A DNA stretch of 64,000 nt from a virus, in IMG/VR virus record IMGVR_UViG_3300045136_000267, one strand, 5' to 3'. Shown piece after piece: positions 1 through 10,657 of the stretch. The notes under the pieces were generated by a model. The model made no database searches, was not told where the DNA came from, and was given only the letters and a program-made list of their open reading frames with translations. A program made the translations under genes and the position numbers. Numbering within the stretch: position 1 is the first letter of the stretch; every line of letters begins with the position of its first letter.

Positions 1-402
1 CAGTGGGTTAAATTTAATACTACTGGAATTGATTTATCTCATCCAGTGGCTCAGCAGATGATACAGCAGCTGACTACTCAAGGAGTATTCAGTGCAGAAG
101 TCAGTGCTGCATTACAAAATATTAGTGTTATTCAGAAATCTCCTGTTGAAATGTTACTAGGTGACGGCGTAACAGTAACTGCTGATGATGTAAGTGCTGC
201 TATAGAACCACCTGTTATTACGAATAAACGGCTAATCTTGAATATAGTTGCTACTAGTGATGGTCGTGTGACCGGCAGTGCAGTATTACAAGAAGCAACG
301 GACCGTGCAGTCGTAAATAGTTATACTCGTAATGATATTGTAAATGCGATCATTGCGAATATCCGTGATACTGTATTAGCTTACGTACGTGGAGGCCAAT
401 AA
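1..402 (+). CDS. Hypothetical virion-region protein, 5'-truncated
   Basis: Frame is open from base 1 to the TAA at 402; next ATG follows at 406. Confidence 0.6.
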   Translation, partial: QWVKFNTTGIDLSHPVAQQMIQQLTTQGVFSAEVSAALQNISVIQKSPVEMLLGDGVTVTADDVSAAIEPPVITNKRLILNIVATSDGRVTGSAVLQEATDRAVVNSYTRNDIVNAIIANIRDTVLAYVRGGQ

Positions 403-405
403 GCT

Positions 406-681
406 ATGGCTTATCGTGCAATAGATTCTTCTGATGAAATCTTATTTGATACTACTGAAATCAAACATATTTTAGTACCAGTCTTTAAGGATGAAGTGCT
501 ATCAATTACTTTACAAGAAGTATCTTATGGAGGAGGGGTAGAACATAAAATAGATGGCGATAGCTTTGGAATAACAGTACAAGAACAAGTAGAAGTAGTT
601 AAAAAGAATGCCGTCTTTTCTGTTGCTCAAGTTAGATTTAAACTATCCCCTGTATTATTAGTATCTGCACACTTCAAATAA
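406..681 (+). CDS. Hypothetical protein
   Basis: GGAGG SD upstream; tightly packed with neighbours. Confidence 0.6.
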   Translation: MAYRAIDSSDEILFDTTEIKHILVPVFKDEVLSITLQEVSYGGGVEHKIDGDSFGITVQEQVEVVKKNAVFSVAQVRFKLSPVLLVSAHFK

Positions 682-706
682 TCACGTATTTTACGGAGTA
701 TGACTT

Positions 707-1600
707 ATGGTTAGTTCCTTACTTACAAATTTATCTATTCTTAACAATCTTGTGGAAACAGATTTGTTTTACATTAGATCTGAAACGTCTTCTCCTAAAG
801 ACAGAAGATTAACTTTCAGAATGTTACTTAAGAATATCCTAATGAAGGAAAATAAGAATAGAGTAGGGTTAACCTGGGAAAAATCAGGAAATAATACAGT
901 TACTTTTTCTTCTGGTATCTTTATTTCTGACGATACTGATATTAATAATAGAATGCTAGGAGTATTTAACTCTTCAATGACTAAGCGTATCAATGTTAAC
1001 TGGGTATCTGGTGATAATCAGGGAATGTTAGATAGTGGTTCTATTTCTAACGATACCTGGTATTACTTATGGGCTATTGCTAATTACGATTACACACCAG
1101 ATATATTAGCTAGCTCTAATACAATACCTTCCTTACCAACTAACTTTATTTACAGAAGGCTTATAGGATGCATTAGATATTTAAATGGTCAGTTAGCAGA
1201 CATGAAAGCAGAATATGAAGGGGATAGAATAGTAGTAAGATATCTGAATCCTAGTCAGTTTCCTCTAGCTATAGATGCAACACTAGCCAATGCTAATACA
1301 ATATATTCATTTAATTTAAGTGCTAGTGGAGTACAGGTCATTCCTCCTTTTGCTGGTAGGATGACTATAAATTGCAATGTATACTGTAATAATCCTGTTT
1401 ACTTCACTACAGAAGATGAAACAGATTTAAATGTTAGTACCTCTGCTCCACCCCTAGCTACTTGTGGGATTCCAAATACTAGTGCTTTTTACAATCTGAC
1501 TTTGACCTGCAAAAATGCTACCATCAAAGTCACCACCAGTACAGCTAATACTACCCTACGTATGTCAATTAATTCTTTCTATTTTCCTAACTTTCAATGA
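707..1600 (+). CDS. Putative tail fibre / tail-associated protein
   Basis: Beta-rich and N/S/T-rich. The segment DTWYYLWAI...PSLPTNFIYRRLIG resembles a common phage tail-fibre module. Confidence 0.5.
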   Translation: MVSSLLTNLSILNNLVETDLFYIRSETSSPKDRRLTFRMLLKNILMKENKNRVGLTWEKSGNNTVTFSSGIFISDDTDINNRMLGVFNSSMTKRINVNWVSGDNQGMLDSGSISNDTWYYLWAIANYDYTPDILASSNTIPSLPTNFIYRRLIGCIRYLNGQLADMKAEYEGDRIVVRYLNPSQFPLAIDATLANANTIYSFNLSASGVQVIPPFAGRMTINCNVYCNNPVYFTTEDETDLNVSTSAPPLATCGIPNTSAFYNLTLTCKNATIKVTTSTANTTLRMSINSFYFPNFQ

Positions 1601-1622
1601 TTAGCTTCTTAGGAGGCTCCTT

Positions 1623-2756
1623 ATGTTCGTGAAGTGGGCTAATATCTATAGAGATATTCTGTTTCAATCTGATTACTTTGAAGATCTAATAGAAGCTAAA
1701 TATGTAAAAGAAATAAAGCATCCTGAATTACCATTAGTATTGTTAGATTATACAAATGAAGCACAGTTTTCTAGAAACTGGGATCCTAGACTAAGAATTG
1801 CCAGAGGCTTAATTCTAGAAATTAACAGTAAGAATCCTGCTGAAGTAATAAAAATAGTAGCCAATCCATTTCCCCGTTTTGCTAATCTCGGTGAGATAAA
1901 AGAAACAGAAGTAAATAATCTACCTGATAACTTGTTCATTTCTAATAAGTTAGATGGTTCTTTAGTTATATGTTGGTATTACAACTATAAGTGGTATTTC
2001 TCTACTCGTGGTTCTTTTAAATCTAAACAATCTTTAGATGCATGTCTCTGGTTTAATGAACATTTTTCTACTAATAAATTAGATCCTAGCTATACATACC
2101 TCTTTGAGTGGATTTCTCCTGACAATAGAATAGTAGTAAATTATGGAGATAGAAAAGAATTAGTTCTGTTAGCTGTCAGAAAGACAGAATTTGGTGAAGA
2201 AATCCATCCATCAGAATTAAAATATTTTGCCAAAGATATTGGGGTTAACTATATTGAATTTAATAAATTTAAGTTTGGATTAGATAAGATAGAATTTGGA
2301 GAACCTACTAAAGATGAAGGTAGAGTTCTCTATTCACATAGTCCATATCTTAGAGTCAAAGTAAAATCTCCAGAATATGTAAAGTTACATAAAGATATTA
2401 CCAATCTCTGCCTTAATAATAGTAAGTGGACTATATTTGACTTAGTTAAGAACAATACCTTACATGAAACTATAAGGTTCTTACCTCAAGAATATAAAGA
2501 TATGGTTTTAGAAAGAGCCACTGAACTATTAGATTTGTATAATTCTATAATTTCTGAAGCCAAATTATTATTGGAAAGGACTAAGCATCTAACGAGTCGC
2601 AAAGAAAAAGCGTTGTTAGTTAATGAAATAGCACCTAAAATAAGCGGGGTATTCTTCTCTCTATTAGAGAATAGAGAAGAGGAAGCTAAAGTACGTGCTT
2701 GGAGAATAGTTGCTAAATATTTAGAAGAGAAAGAGCCTGTATCTGTTCAACAGTAA
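1623..2756 (+). CDS. T4 Rnl1-like RNA ligase
   Basis: Nucleotidyltransferase motif I KLDGSL, plus STRGSF, FEWISPDNRIVVNY, EGRVL and KVKSPEY; AGGAGG SD. Confidence 0.85.
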   Translation: MFVKWANIYRDILFQSDYFEDLIEAKYVKEIKHPELPLVLLDYTNEAQFSRNWDPRLRIARGLILEINSKNPAEVIKIVANPFPRFANLGEIKETEVNNLPDNLFISNKLDGSLVICWYYNYKWYFSTRGSFKSKQSLDACLWFNEHFSTNKLDPSYTYLFEWISPDNRIVVNYGDRKELVLLAVRKTEFGEEIHPSELKYFAKDIGVNYIEFNKFKFGLDKIEFGEPTKDEGRVLYSHSPYLRVKVKSPEYVKLHKDITNLCLNNSKWTIFDLVKNNTLHETIRFLPQEYKDMVLERATELLDLYNSIISEAKLLLERTKHLTSRKEKALLVNEIAPKISGVFFSLLENREEEAKVRAWRIVAKYLEEKEPVSVQQ

Positions 2757-4071
2757 ACAACCCTCAACTAAAGTCGAAGGTTTTATTGTAGGACGTAGCA
2801 AGCATGCTTGCCCACATCCCCAACATTAGGCGTGTTTACAGCCGCCCTTGGCAGCGGGGCACCACTACCAATCCGGGCAAGGTTTCGACTGGCATTGCAG
2901 TCGGCGTGCGCCCGGAGACCACACTGATCACACACGAAACGATGCTTGATGCGCCGCCCCAACGCCCCGCAGCAAGAACATGTCTGGCTGGTGTAAGCGG
3001 GGTTGGTGTACTCGACCACGATTCCGACGGCCTTGGCCTTGTATTCGACAAAGGTCTGAAGTTGCCGAAAAGCCCAGCGATTCAGTCTCGCTCTCATGCG
3101 CTTACCAGCCTGGATGCTGCTGCGTATGTGGCGCAAGTTTTCCATCACGATCTTGAAAGCACCAATGCGCAGCGCTTCGGCAACAATCGCTTTGCTCGTT
3201 TCGTGGTTGATATGTCTGACACGTCGCCGCTCTCTGCCAGAGACCTGCCTAAGCTTCTGTTTGGCGCTTTGGCTGCCGTTGGACTGCAAACGACGACGAA
3301 GGGCAAGGTATTGATCGCGCTTGTGGCGCAGCTCCCCGCCGCCCCATACCTTGCCAGTGCTGGTGGCAGCGAGATTGTTTTCTCCGACATCCACCCCCAT
3401 AACGGGGCCGGATGTCATGGGTTCAGTATCATCAGACTCGACGACGAGGTCGAAATACCATCGTCCCTTACGACAAACCAACTCGGCTTCTTTGGCTTTG
3501 CCCGACGCAAGGATGCGACGCTGGTGCTCTCCAAGCAGCACGGTGATGGTTATGCGGCCGGAAAGAGTGTAGAGGCTCAAGCGCTCCCCTTTGAAAGAAT
3601 ATGTGCGCTTGTCGAAATGGACGCTCGCGCGTTTGAAACGGATCGCAGGAACTGGGGCGTCCTTTTTAATGCGACCAAGCTCTTTTTGCGCCTTGTAGGC
3701 TTTGCAGACCGAGAAGATGGCATTACAGACCATTTGCGAGCCCAGTGGCGTTTCCTTGCGCAGCTTGGCATAGGCCAGATGGTGCAGCGCCACGCGGTTC
3801 CAGCAGCGGTGCTCCATTACTATTGGCACCAAGCTGTTGCAGGCCTCGGCATAAGCCGACTGCAACGCCGTCAAGGCCGCCGCTTGGTTAGGATCAACAT
3901 TGAGGCGAATCGAAGCGGTGCGCAGCATAGTTTATCGCCGCTTGGTGATATGAATAGACGCAATTCCTATTGGCAACTATGCCAATCACGTAAAACATTA
4001 TACATTATATGGTGCGCTTCGCGCGACTTCAATCCTATCGCGATTGAAATCGCGGGTCTCTCTGTGGAGCG
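2753..4071 (-). mobile_element. IS200/IS605-family element, tnpB only
   Basis: GC-rich island in AT-rich DNA. Terminal hairpins at 2753-2785 (minus strand ...GAGGGTTGTTTAC) and ~4022-4055. No tnpA. Confidence 0.8.
2783..3928 (-). CDS. tnpB: TnpB RNA-guided endonuclease
   Basis: RuvC motifs GVDVG, VMENL and ADCNASRNL; Zn finger CSCC...CDQC; W-x-F-x-Q-L motif. Confidence 0.92.
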   Translation of the reverse strand: MLRTASIRLNVDPNQAAALTALQSAYAEACNSLVPIVMEHRCWNRVALHHLAYAKLRKETPLGSQMVCNAIFSVCKAYKAQKELGRIKKDAPVPAIRFKRASVHFDKRTYSFKGERLSLYTLSGRITITVLLGEHQRRILASGKAKEAELVCRKGRWYFDLVVESDDTEPMTSGPVMGVDVGENNLAATSTGKVWGGGELRHKRDQYLALRRRLQSNGSQSAKQKLRQVSGRERRRVRHINHETSKAIVAEALRIGAFKIVMENLRHIRSSIQAGKRMRARLNRWAFRQLQTFVEYKAKAVGIVVEYTNPAYTSQTCSCCGALGRRIKHRFVCDQCGLRAHADCNASRNLARIGSGAPLPRAAVNTPNVGDVGKHACYVLQ

Positions 4072-4084
4072 TCAATGATAGTAA

Positions 4085-7000
4085 ATGGCAGATTACCTAC
4101 TCATCGGAGACGGTCTTGGAAGACTATATCTCGAATCCGATGATCCAACAAGTCCTTCTTTTCTGCTGCTAGACGTTGTTGGTGTATCTGCCTCAGATTC
4201 TACCACTACCACACCAGGGGATTATAGCTTTACCTGGCCAGACAGAGCACCTTACATCATAGTAAGATGTACTGGCGCAGGGGCTGGTTGCGTTAGAGTT
4301 TTTGATAATTCCGTTAATAACTATTTACTCGTTAGAGGTGGTGGGGGTGGTGGTTATTCTAGAGTTAAACTAACTAGACCAATAGAAAAAGATGTAGAGA
4401 AATTTCATGTAGGAAATAAAGGACTTGCAGAATCTAGTTCTAATACTGAATCTCAAGGAGAGGCATCCTGGTTTGGTAGATATAACAATAGCATTAAAAT
4501 AATAGGGAATGGTGCTTATAGAGATCAAGGAGGAACAGGAGCTTGTACTTCTGTATCAGATGGTTCTACTATCTTAAGCTATTTTCTTGCTACCGGAGGT
4601 AATGGATGTACTGCAGATTATACTTACGATCCGAGCCTTGGGTTAATAATAAATAAATGTGGATGCCCTGGTCATCCCGGATCAGATTCAGGTGATGGAG
4701 CTGATGGTAATTGCGGGTACAACGATGTCAATAACCCTTGCGATGGAATCCCTCAGGATCCTGGTTCTGGAGGTGCCCGTTGTAGTTCCTTTAATGATGG
4801 AAAAGATGGTTCAGTAAGGATAATAGTAGAGGCACCAGGTAGCGTTGGGATTAAATTTACAGTACAACCTACTGATACACCAGTAAATATAGTAATAGCT
4901 CCTCCTATAGAAGTATCTTCTTATTTTATTAACTACAATGTATTAGGAGGCAGTGAATCTCAAGTAACTATTAGCAAAGATTCAAGTTCTCCGGGAGGTA
5001 CGTTATCTGGTACTCTAACTAAAAATGTTGTAGAAGATCATTTATTTGTTTTTGACGATATCAAGATAAATCAAGCTGGTACTGGGTATAAGCTTGTAGC
5101 TACTTCATACCCAAATAATTATCAGGATACCAGTAGCTCTTTTGATATATTTGTTAATTTAGTCAACTTAAACTCATCTTTCTTTAATACTCCTGACTAC
5201 TCTCCTTCCATAGTAAATGCGATTGGATCTAACTTATCAGTTTTCACTGGGACTAGAACTAGTGAAAGTCGTAGTTCAGTATTGCCTAATTTAAAGACTG
5301 AAGACAGTACAGCAGGAACCAAGGCTTCTTCTGTAGAATTTAAAAATAATATCTATACTTCTATTTCTTATTCAGAATCTACCCTAGCTTCTCTAAAAAC
5401 TAATAACTACTTTAATTTAAATGACATTTGTACTGACACTGTTTCTTCTATAGTTAGCCCTAAAGTATCGCTAAGAACAGTAGATAGTACTACTAATCCT
5501 GTCTCATCTTTAGCAACAGCAAATAATTTACTATCTACAACTGATATCTCTGTTGAGTATCAGAATAATACTCTAACTACTTCTTCTCTATTAACTTCTA
5601 CGGAAGTATCTACTAGATATTATGCTAATACTTTAGCTGCTTCTTCTTTCTTAACATGTAGTTATTTTACAGCTAATTATGATGTAACTATTCCAGCAGC
5701 TAAATTATATTTACTTACTCAAGATAATAGTATTCATTACCACGGAGGAGAAGCTACTACACAAGTATTTATACAGGCTTTTTGGGATGACTTCTCACAG
5801 AATTTTATCAAATCAAATCTAGATAATAAATTAAGCCTGAACTTACCTGAAGACTCTATATATAGAAGTACATATAAATTAGCTTTCATAAGTAATATAG
5901 ATATAGATTCCCAAGTTAATAGTTTTGAATCTGCTTTCCTTGGGTCAAAAACAACTACGAGCAGTAATGAAATAAATAATTACTTTGATTCGAATTCGTT
6001 GGGATTCAAATCCACTTTTGAATTAAAGCTATATAATGCCGATTATCATCAAGCGCTACTTTCTGCTAGATCTGCAATAAATAGTTATACACTTAATTAT
6101 GAATATGGTTCTGCTTTCTTAAGTCTCTTTCTAGAGACAGCTTCTGATATTAGAGATAATAGTGCTTTCTATGAAGCTGCTACACTAACAAATAAATTAT
6201 ATCTAAATACAATTACAGTCGAAACGGAATCAGATAGTTTACTTCTGGGAGGAAAATTATATCTATCTGTACAAGATAGTATTTCTACTTATAGTCAGCA
6301 TATTCCATCTGTAATCAATTATATCTATGTAAATGATTATCAAATTGAATATTCAAGTCTTTTTTCTGTTATAACTTTATTATTAGAAACTAACTTTCTA
6401 AACAAAGACTTCTCTACAAATCTTGTTTCTTTCTATTCAGTAATTAATTCTATACATAGAGTATCTCAATATATAAAATCTGCTATCTCTTCTTCACTTA
6501 TCCTTAATACAAATGAAAATAGTCCCAGATTTGCTAGTAGCAAACTAATAATATTAGCTACTGCTTTCTTAAATGACTCAGTTACTATCTCTGATAGTTT
6601 CCATTCTGGTATTTACCTTCTTTGTATATCTTCATTTGTTAATGAGACTAGTGAAAGAAATAATGGTTATTTATCTCAATCTATATCTAGCTCTTACCAA
6701 GAAGCCACAGACTTAGCTTCTGCTTTATCTATAAGTTTATCTACTGAAGCGGCATCTGTAGATAGTTTCTCTACAGGCTATCTAGCTAGCCAATTATCTT
6801 TCAAAACATACTTAACGTCTGAAGATACTGATATCAGTACTGAGACGAATAAATTATCTACATTATCTTATATTAATCTCATTTTAGTTAATACTGAATC
6901 TTCACTGCACTTCTTATTAATACAAGGAGAATTAATAACATGGTCTACAGATCATCAGACAAATTATGAATCATCAACTTTAGATAATATCATGTCTCTA

Positions 7001-9001
7001 TTCACAGAAGAGACTCAAACTACTGCAGAACTTCCTGATGCAGTAGTAGCTCTTTCACTGAATGCTGATTTCTCTAAGTCTTCTTTCCATGAAGCTCCAG
7101 ATCCTGTTTGTGGAGTAATTGCTTATTCTGATTTCACTCCAACTAATATATCTGCACAGTTTGTACTATTAGCCTTTGATTATTCAATGGCTATAGACTT
7201 CTTGCTGATAGAAGACGGCAAGAGCAGATTGAAGATTGGTTCCGGTGAATTAGATGATTTAGGGTATTTAAGCCTAGATCCTTATATGTTCTCTGATGGT
7301 GATTATATTCAATTAGGTCCATCCTCTTGGTTATATACCATTCCTGACAGATTACCTTACATTACTGCAGAAGTTCTAGGAGGTGGTGCTGGTGCTACAT
7401 CCAAGTCTGGTTATTTCTTACTCTCTGTAGGAGGTGGAGGTGGTGGTTATGCTAGATCTATTTTAACCAGAGATATTGAATTTGATACTATATTTCTGAA
7501 AGCTGGCGGTAAAGGTCTTCCTGCAGAATTCTTTGGGGAAACCATAAGATTAGATTCTGAAGGTGAACCTTCTTATATAACTAAGCATCCAAACTCTACT
7601 GATTATTTCTTGTATGCCAGTGGAGGAAGAAATAGATTTGGAGGTTCTGGTTTTGTCACTAGAGGAACCAATGCTTTTGTTGCTTTAGGAGGCAACGGAT
7701 GTGAAGGAGAGGTATTTTACGATTCTATCGTACTCTATGGCTGCGGTGGAAAAGCTGGATCTGCAGCTGGGGATGGGGAGGATGGAGAATGTGTAGATTC
7801 TAGTACTTTTTGCCCTACACCACAAGATTATGGTAATGGTGGCAATGCCAATCCTTTCTGGCAGCAGCATGGTAATGACGGTTTCGTAAGAATTAGCTGG
7901 GATAATCCATATATATTCAGAAAGATTGCTTTCATTCAGCACCCTGGTACTTCTTATGCAACAGAAGCCATTAAACCGTATTCTGATATAGTTCTTGTCA
8001 ATTCTTTCTATAATTATGAATATCCTCAGTCAATTGGTTTAGTTACAATTAGCATAGAACATGATCCTAATGGAGGATTAGCTACTTTAAGCGGTACTCT
8101 AAGTAATACACCAAGAGAAGGATCATGGATATTTGAAGATCTATCTATAGATCTAAGTGGTAAAGGGTACAAATTAAGAGCAACAGCAGATCTTACTTAT
8201 AACTTAATTAATTCTAATTACGATATTAGCGATCCTTTTGATATCCTAATCTTTGTAGATCTAGAATGTTCTTTCAGTTCAAATAACTATACCAATAGGA
8301 ATTTTGTATCTGCGAGAACTCCAGTAGAAGCTAACTACTCTAGTAACAACTATACAGCACCAGAAGCCATAGTTGGAGTTATTGCTAATTCCTTAGATAA
8401 TAGAATCTCTGTCGGTTATAATGTTATGAAAATATCATCTAGACTAAGAACAACAATTCAAAATAATGAATTTATAAATAATGCTAAAATAGATTTCAAG
8501 ACAGGATTATTTGTAACTGATAGTAGTACCAACCAAGAAGCTGAACGTATTTCTTCCTATTCTAATATTCCTACTGCTTATGATTCCAGTATTTCTACTA
8601 CTTATGGTAAACTGACATTTAAAACAGGTCTTTTCCTCCCAGAAGTAAATTTAGAATTTGATAATAGAATATTCTTAGGAACTAAGAGTGCTGCTTTTCT
8701 TCAAGAACAAGAGATATCTAGAGATTCTTTCAAACTAGATTTCACAGTACAGTTAGTCACTAGAGACTTTAATCCATTAGACTATCAGTCTCTAGATACT
8801 TTCTATGTAAGCATATCTCCTTATCCAGTAGAGACTTACGCTGCAGATTTATTAGATTTATTCTATGATGTAACAATTAATCTTGATACGCAATATGTTA
8901 ATGTCAGTCCATTATCTATAGAATTCTTGGAAAGAAATAAAGATTTTATAGTTAGGTTCAATCTACGCCCGATCTTAGATATAAGATGGAGATTTATATA
9001 G
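4085..9001 (+). CDS. Large virion/tail protein with two Gly-rich modules
   Basis: 1638 aa. Internal duplication of the module D(Y/F)LLI-G/E-DG...PDR-x-PYI...GAGA...GGGGGGY...TLSGTL...GYKL-x-AT, separated by a long Ser/Thr-rich spacer. Confidence 0.6.
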   Translation: MADYLLIGDGLGRLYLESDDPTSPSFLLLDVVGVSASDSTTTTPGDYSFTWPDRAPYIIVRCTGAGAGCVRVFDNSVNNYLLVRGGGGGGYSRVKLTRPIEKDVEKFHVGNKGLAESSSNTESQGEASWFGRYNNSIKIIGNGAYRDQGGTGACTSVSDGSTILSYFLATGGNGCTADYTYDPSLGLIINKCGCPGHPGSDSGDGADGNCGYNDVNNPCDGIPQDPGSGGARCSSFNDGKDGSVRIIVEAPGSVGIKFTVQPTDTPVNIVIAPPIEVSSYFINYNVLGGSESQVTISKDSSSPGGTLSGTLTKNVVEDHLFVFDDIKINQAGTGYKLVATSYPNNYQDTSSSFDIFVNLVNLNSSFFNTPDYSPSIVNAIGSNLSVFTGTRTSESRSSVLPNLKTEDSTAGTKASSVEFKNNIYTSISYSESTLASLKTNNYFNLNDICTDTVSSIVSPKVSLRTVDSTTNPVSSLATANNLLSTTDISVEYQNNTLTTSSLLTSTEVSTRYYANTLAASSFLTCSYFTANYDVTIPAAKLYLLTQDNSIHYHGGEATTQVFIQAFWDDFSQNFIKSNLDNKLSLNLPEDSIYRSTYKLAFISNIDIDSQVNSFESAFLGSKTTTSSNEINNYFDSNSLGFKSTFELKLYNADYHQALLSARSAINSYTLNYEYGSAFLSLFLETASDIRDNSAFYEAATLTNKLYLNTITVETESDSLLLGGKLYLSVQDSISTYSQHIPSVINYIYVNDYQIEYSSLFSVITLLLETNFLNKDFSTNLVSFYSVINSIHRVSQYIKSAISSSLILNTNENSPRFASSKLIILATAFLNDSVTISDSFHSGIYLLCISSFVNETSERNNGYLSQSISSSYQEATDLASALSISLSTEAASVDSFSTGYLASQLSFKTYLTSEDTDISTETNKLSTLSYINLILVNTESSLHFLLIQGELITWSTDHQTNYESSTLDNIMSLFTEETQTTAELPDAVVALSLNADFSKSSFHEAPDPVCGVIAYSDFTPTNISAQFVLLAFDYSMAIDFLLIEDGKSRLKIGSGELDDLGYLSLDPYMFSDGDYIQLGPSSWLYTIPDRLPYITAEVLGGGAGATSKSGYFLLSVGGGGGGYARSILTRDIEFDTIFLKAGGKGLPAEFFGETIRLDSEGEPSYITKHPNSTDYFLYASGGRNRFGGSGFVTRGTNAFVALGGNGCEGEVFYDSIVLYGCGGKAGSAAGDGEDGECVDSSTFCPTPQDYGNGGNANPFWQQHGNDGFVRISWDNPYIFRKIAFIQHPGTSYATEAIKPYSDIVLVNSFYNYEYPQSIGLVTISIEHDPNGGLATLSGTLSNTPREGSWIFEDLSIDLSGKGYKLRATADLTYNLINSNYDISDPFDILIFVDLECSFSSNNYTNRNFVSARTPVEANYSSNNYTAPEAIVGVIANSLDNRISVGYNVMKISSRLRTTIQNNEFINNAKIDFKTGLFVTDSSTNQEAERISSYSNIPTAYDSSISTTYGKLTFKTGLFLPEVNLEFDNRIFLGTKSAAFLQEQEISRDSFKLDFTVQLVTRDFNPLDYQSLDTFYVSISPYPVETYAADLLDLFYDVTINLDTQYVNVSPLSIEFLERNKDFIVRFNLRPILDIRWRFI

Positions 9002-9093
9002 AATTAATATTGGCTAGATGTATACCATGAATTTAGACTGAAGGGATACCTAGAAGTAACTAACATAAATTATGTTGTACCGGGGAATACTAA

Positions 9094-9363
9094 ATGCACA
9101 ACGTTAAAGCATTCTTAGAAGGTTTGATAGTAAACGAAGTTTTAACTAAAACTGCCTCTTTTGAAAAACTTGCGTTTCCACCTGTATATGCTATACCTCA
9201 AGCTTTACAGACTGCAAACGCTTTACGGGCTGCGAAGGACTTATGGCAAAGGCGGAGAGCTTCACAGAAACCACTAGCAATAGATATGGAAGGAAAACCT
9301 CCATCTAAAGATGGAGCAATCAAGATAATGAAAGAATGGCTACAGGAAAGACTGGCTAAATAA
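9094..9363 (+). CDS. KxA-leader protein (putative internal virion protein)
   Basis: N-terminus AFLEGLIVNEVLTKTASFEKLA is identical to that of 9594..10133. Confidence 0.7.
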   Translation: MHNVKAFLEGLIVNEVLTKTASFEKLAFPPVYAIPQALQTANALRAAKDLWQRRRASQKPLAIDMEGKPPSKDGAIKIMKEWLQERLAK

Positions 9364-9593
9364 GTAATAGAATCCAAAGAAACTTTATCTGGATGTACTT
9401 CAGTAGGTCTTATGAGAATGTTTAAAAATCTTGGAAAGAAATAAAGATTTTATAGTTGGATTCACTCTCCGTCTGGTCTTAGCTGTAAAGCGGATACTTA
9501 TATAGATTTGATATTGGCTAGACACACGCACTAGACTAAAAGAAATAGCTAGGAGTAATTAACGTAAACTAATGCTGTATAGGAGAATACTAA

Positions 9594-10133
9594 ATGTATA
9601 ATGCTAAAGCATTTTTGGAAGGTTTGATAGTAAATGAAGTTTTAACTAAAACTGCCTCTTTCGAAAAACTGGCACAACAACCTGGTATGTTTTCCCCAAA
9701 TTGGGTTGAGGCTATTGGAGCTTTGCAGACACAAAGAGCCGCGCAAAGGGCAGCAGATGCTGCACATAGAGAGGCATTTTCACAGCAGAGAAAGGAAATT
9801 AATGACTTACAAAAACAGAGAGAGGACTTAGGTCTTAATCCGCTATTACAAAGAATGCCTCCGGCGCAAAGAGCTATTATAGCTAGAAGAATTAGAGAGG
9901 GAAAATTACCTACAGAGGACGAGATAAGGACGTGGGCACAAAAGTATCCGGGACGACCGAAAAACATAAGTCCCGCTGGTCCAGCATCTAAAGCGACTAC
10001 ACCAGGAATGGAAGCACCAGGAATTAAGCCCCCAGCTTCTCCACCGTATCCACCATACCCGCCGTATCCACCATACCCACCTTCTCCTTCACCACCAACT
10101 CCTCCAACGAGTGATAATAATATCAAAGCGTAA
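9594..10133 (+). CDS. KxA-leader protein with Pro-rich (PPY)n tail
   Basis: Same leader as 9094; GGAG SD. Confidence 0.7.
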   Translation: MYNAKAFLEGLIVNEVLTKTASFEKLAQQPGMFSPNWVEAIGALQTQRAAQRAADAAHREAFSQQRKEINDLQKQREDLGLNPLLQRMPPAQRAIIARRIREGKLPTEDEIRTWAQKYPGRPKNISPAGPASKATTPGMEAPGIKPPASPPYPPYPPYPPYPPSPSPPTPPTSDNNIKA

Positions 10134-10147
10134 CAGGATCTTTGCCA

Positions 10148-10657
10148 ATGCTTTCTCTCATTGTTGCCAAATCTGAAAATGGTGTTATTGGATCTTCTTT
10201 AAAAGAAGGATTACTATGGAATCTCAAAGATGATCTCAAATTATTTAAAAAGCATACTTTAGGTAAATCTGTGATCATGGGTAGTACTACCTTTAAAACT
10301 CTTAAGACCAATCTACCGGGTAGAACATGCTATGTTCTAAGTAAAAGACCATTCAGAGTTCCTGTTCTTCATGAAAATCAATATGCTACCAATGATCTGG
10401 ATTTTGCTATCACTAGCTCTCTAAAAGAGAATAAAGAGGCTGTAATTATTGGTGGTAGACAAGTCTATTCTCTTGCTCTAAGTAAATACAAAATAGATAA
10501 ATTGTATATCACTACTGTCCAAGCTTACCTAGAAGGAGATATCCTTTTTCCTGAAATAGACCTAAATAACTATGCTCTAGTAGAAGAAAAGGCTTTCCTT
10601 AAAAATGAAAGGAACGAATTCCCTTTCATTTTCAGAGAGTACAAACTCAAAAATTGA
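10148..10657 (+). CDS. folA: Dihydrofolate reductase
   Basis: Motifs SLIVAKSENGVIG, LWNLKDDLKLFK, VIMGSTTF, LPGR, IIGGRQVY, LYITTV and GDILFP. Confidence 0.93.
   Translation: MLSLIVAKSENGVIGSSLKEGLLWNLKDDLKLFKKHTLGKSVIMGSTTFKTLKTNLPGRTCYVLSKRPFRVPVLHENQYATNDLDFAITSSLKENKEAVIIGGRQVYSLALSKYKIDKLYITTVQAYLEGDILFPEIDLNNYALVEEKAFLKNERNEFPFIFREYKLKN

Noticed and set aside
2804-4078. 424-aa plus-strand ORF and other ORFs overlapping the tnpB and cas12 genes
   Set aside because: Antisense or alternate-frame shadows of GC-rich genes, with no recognisable motifs or SD.
9590-10126. Minus-strand Gly/Tyr-rich ORF (GGYGGY)
   Set aside because: Mirror of the plus-strand PPY-repeat gene, which has an SD and the conserved leader.
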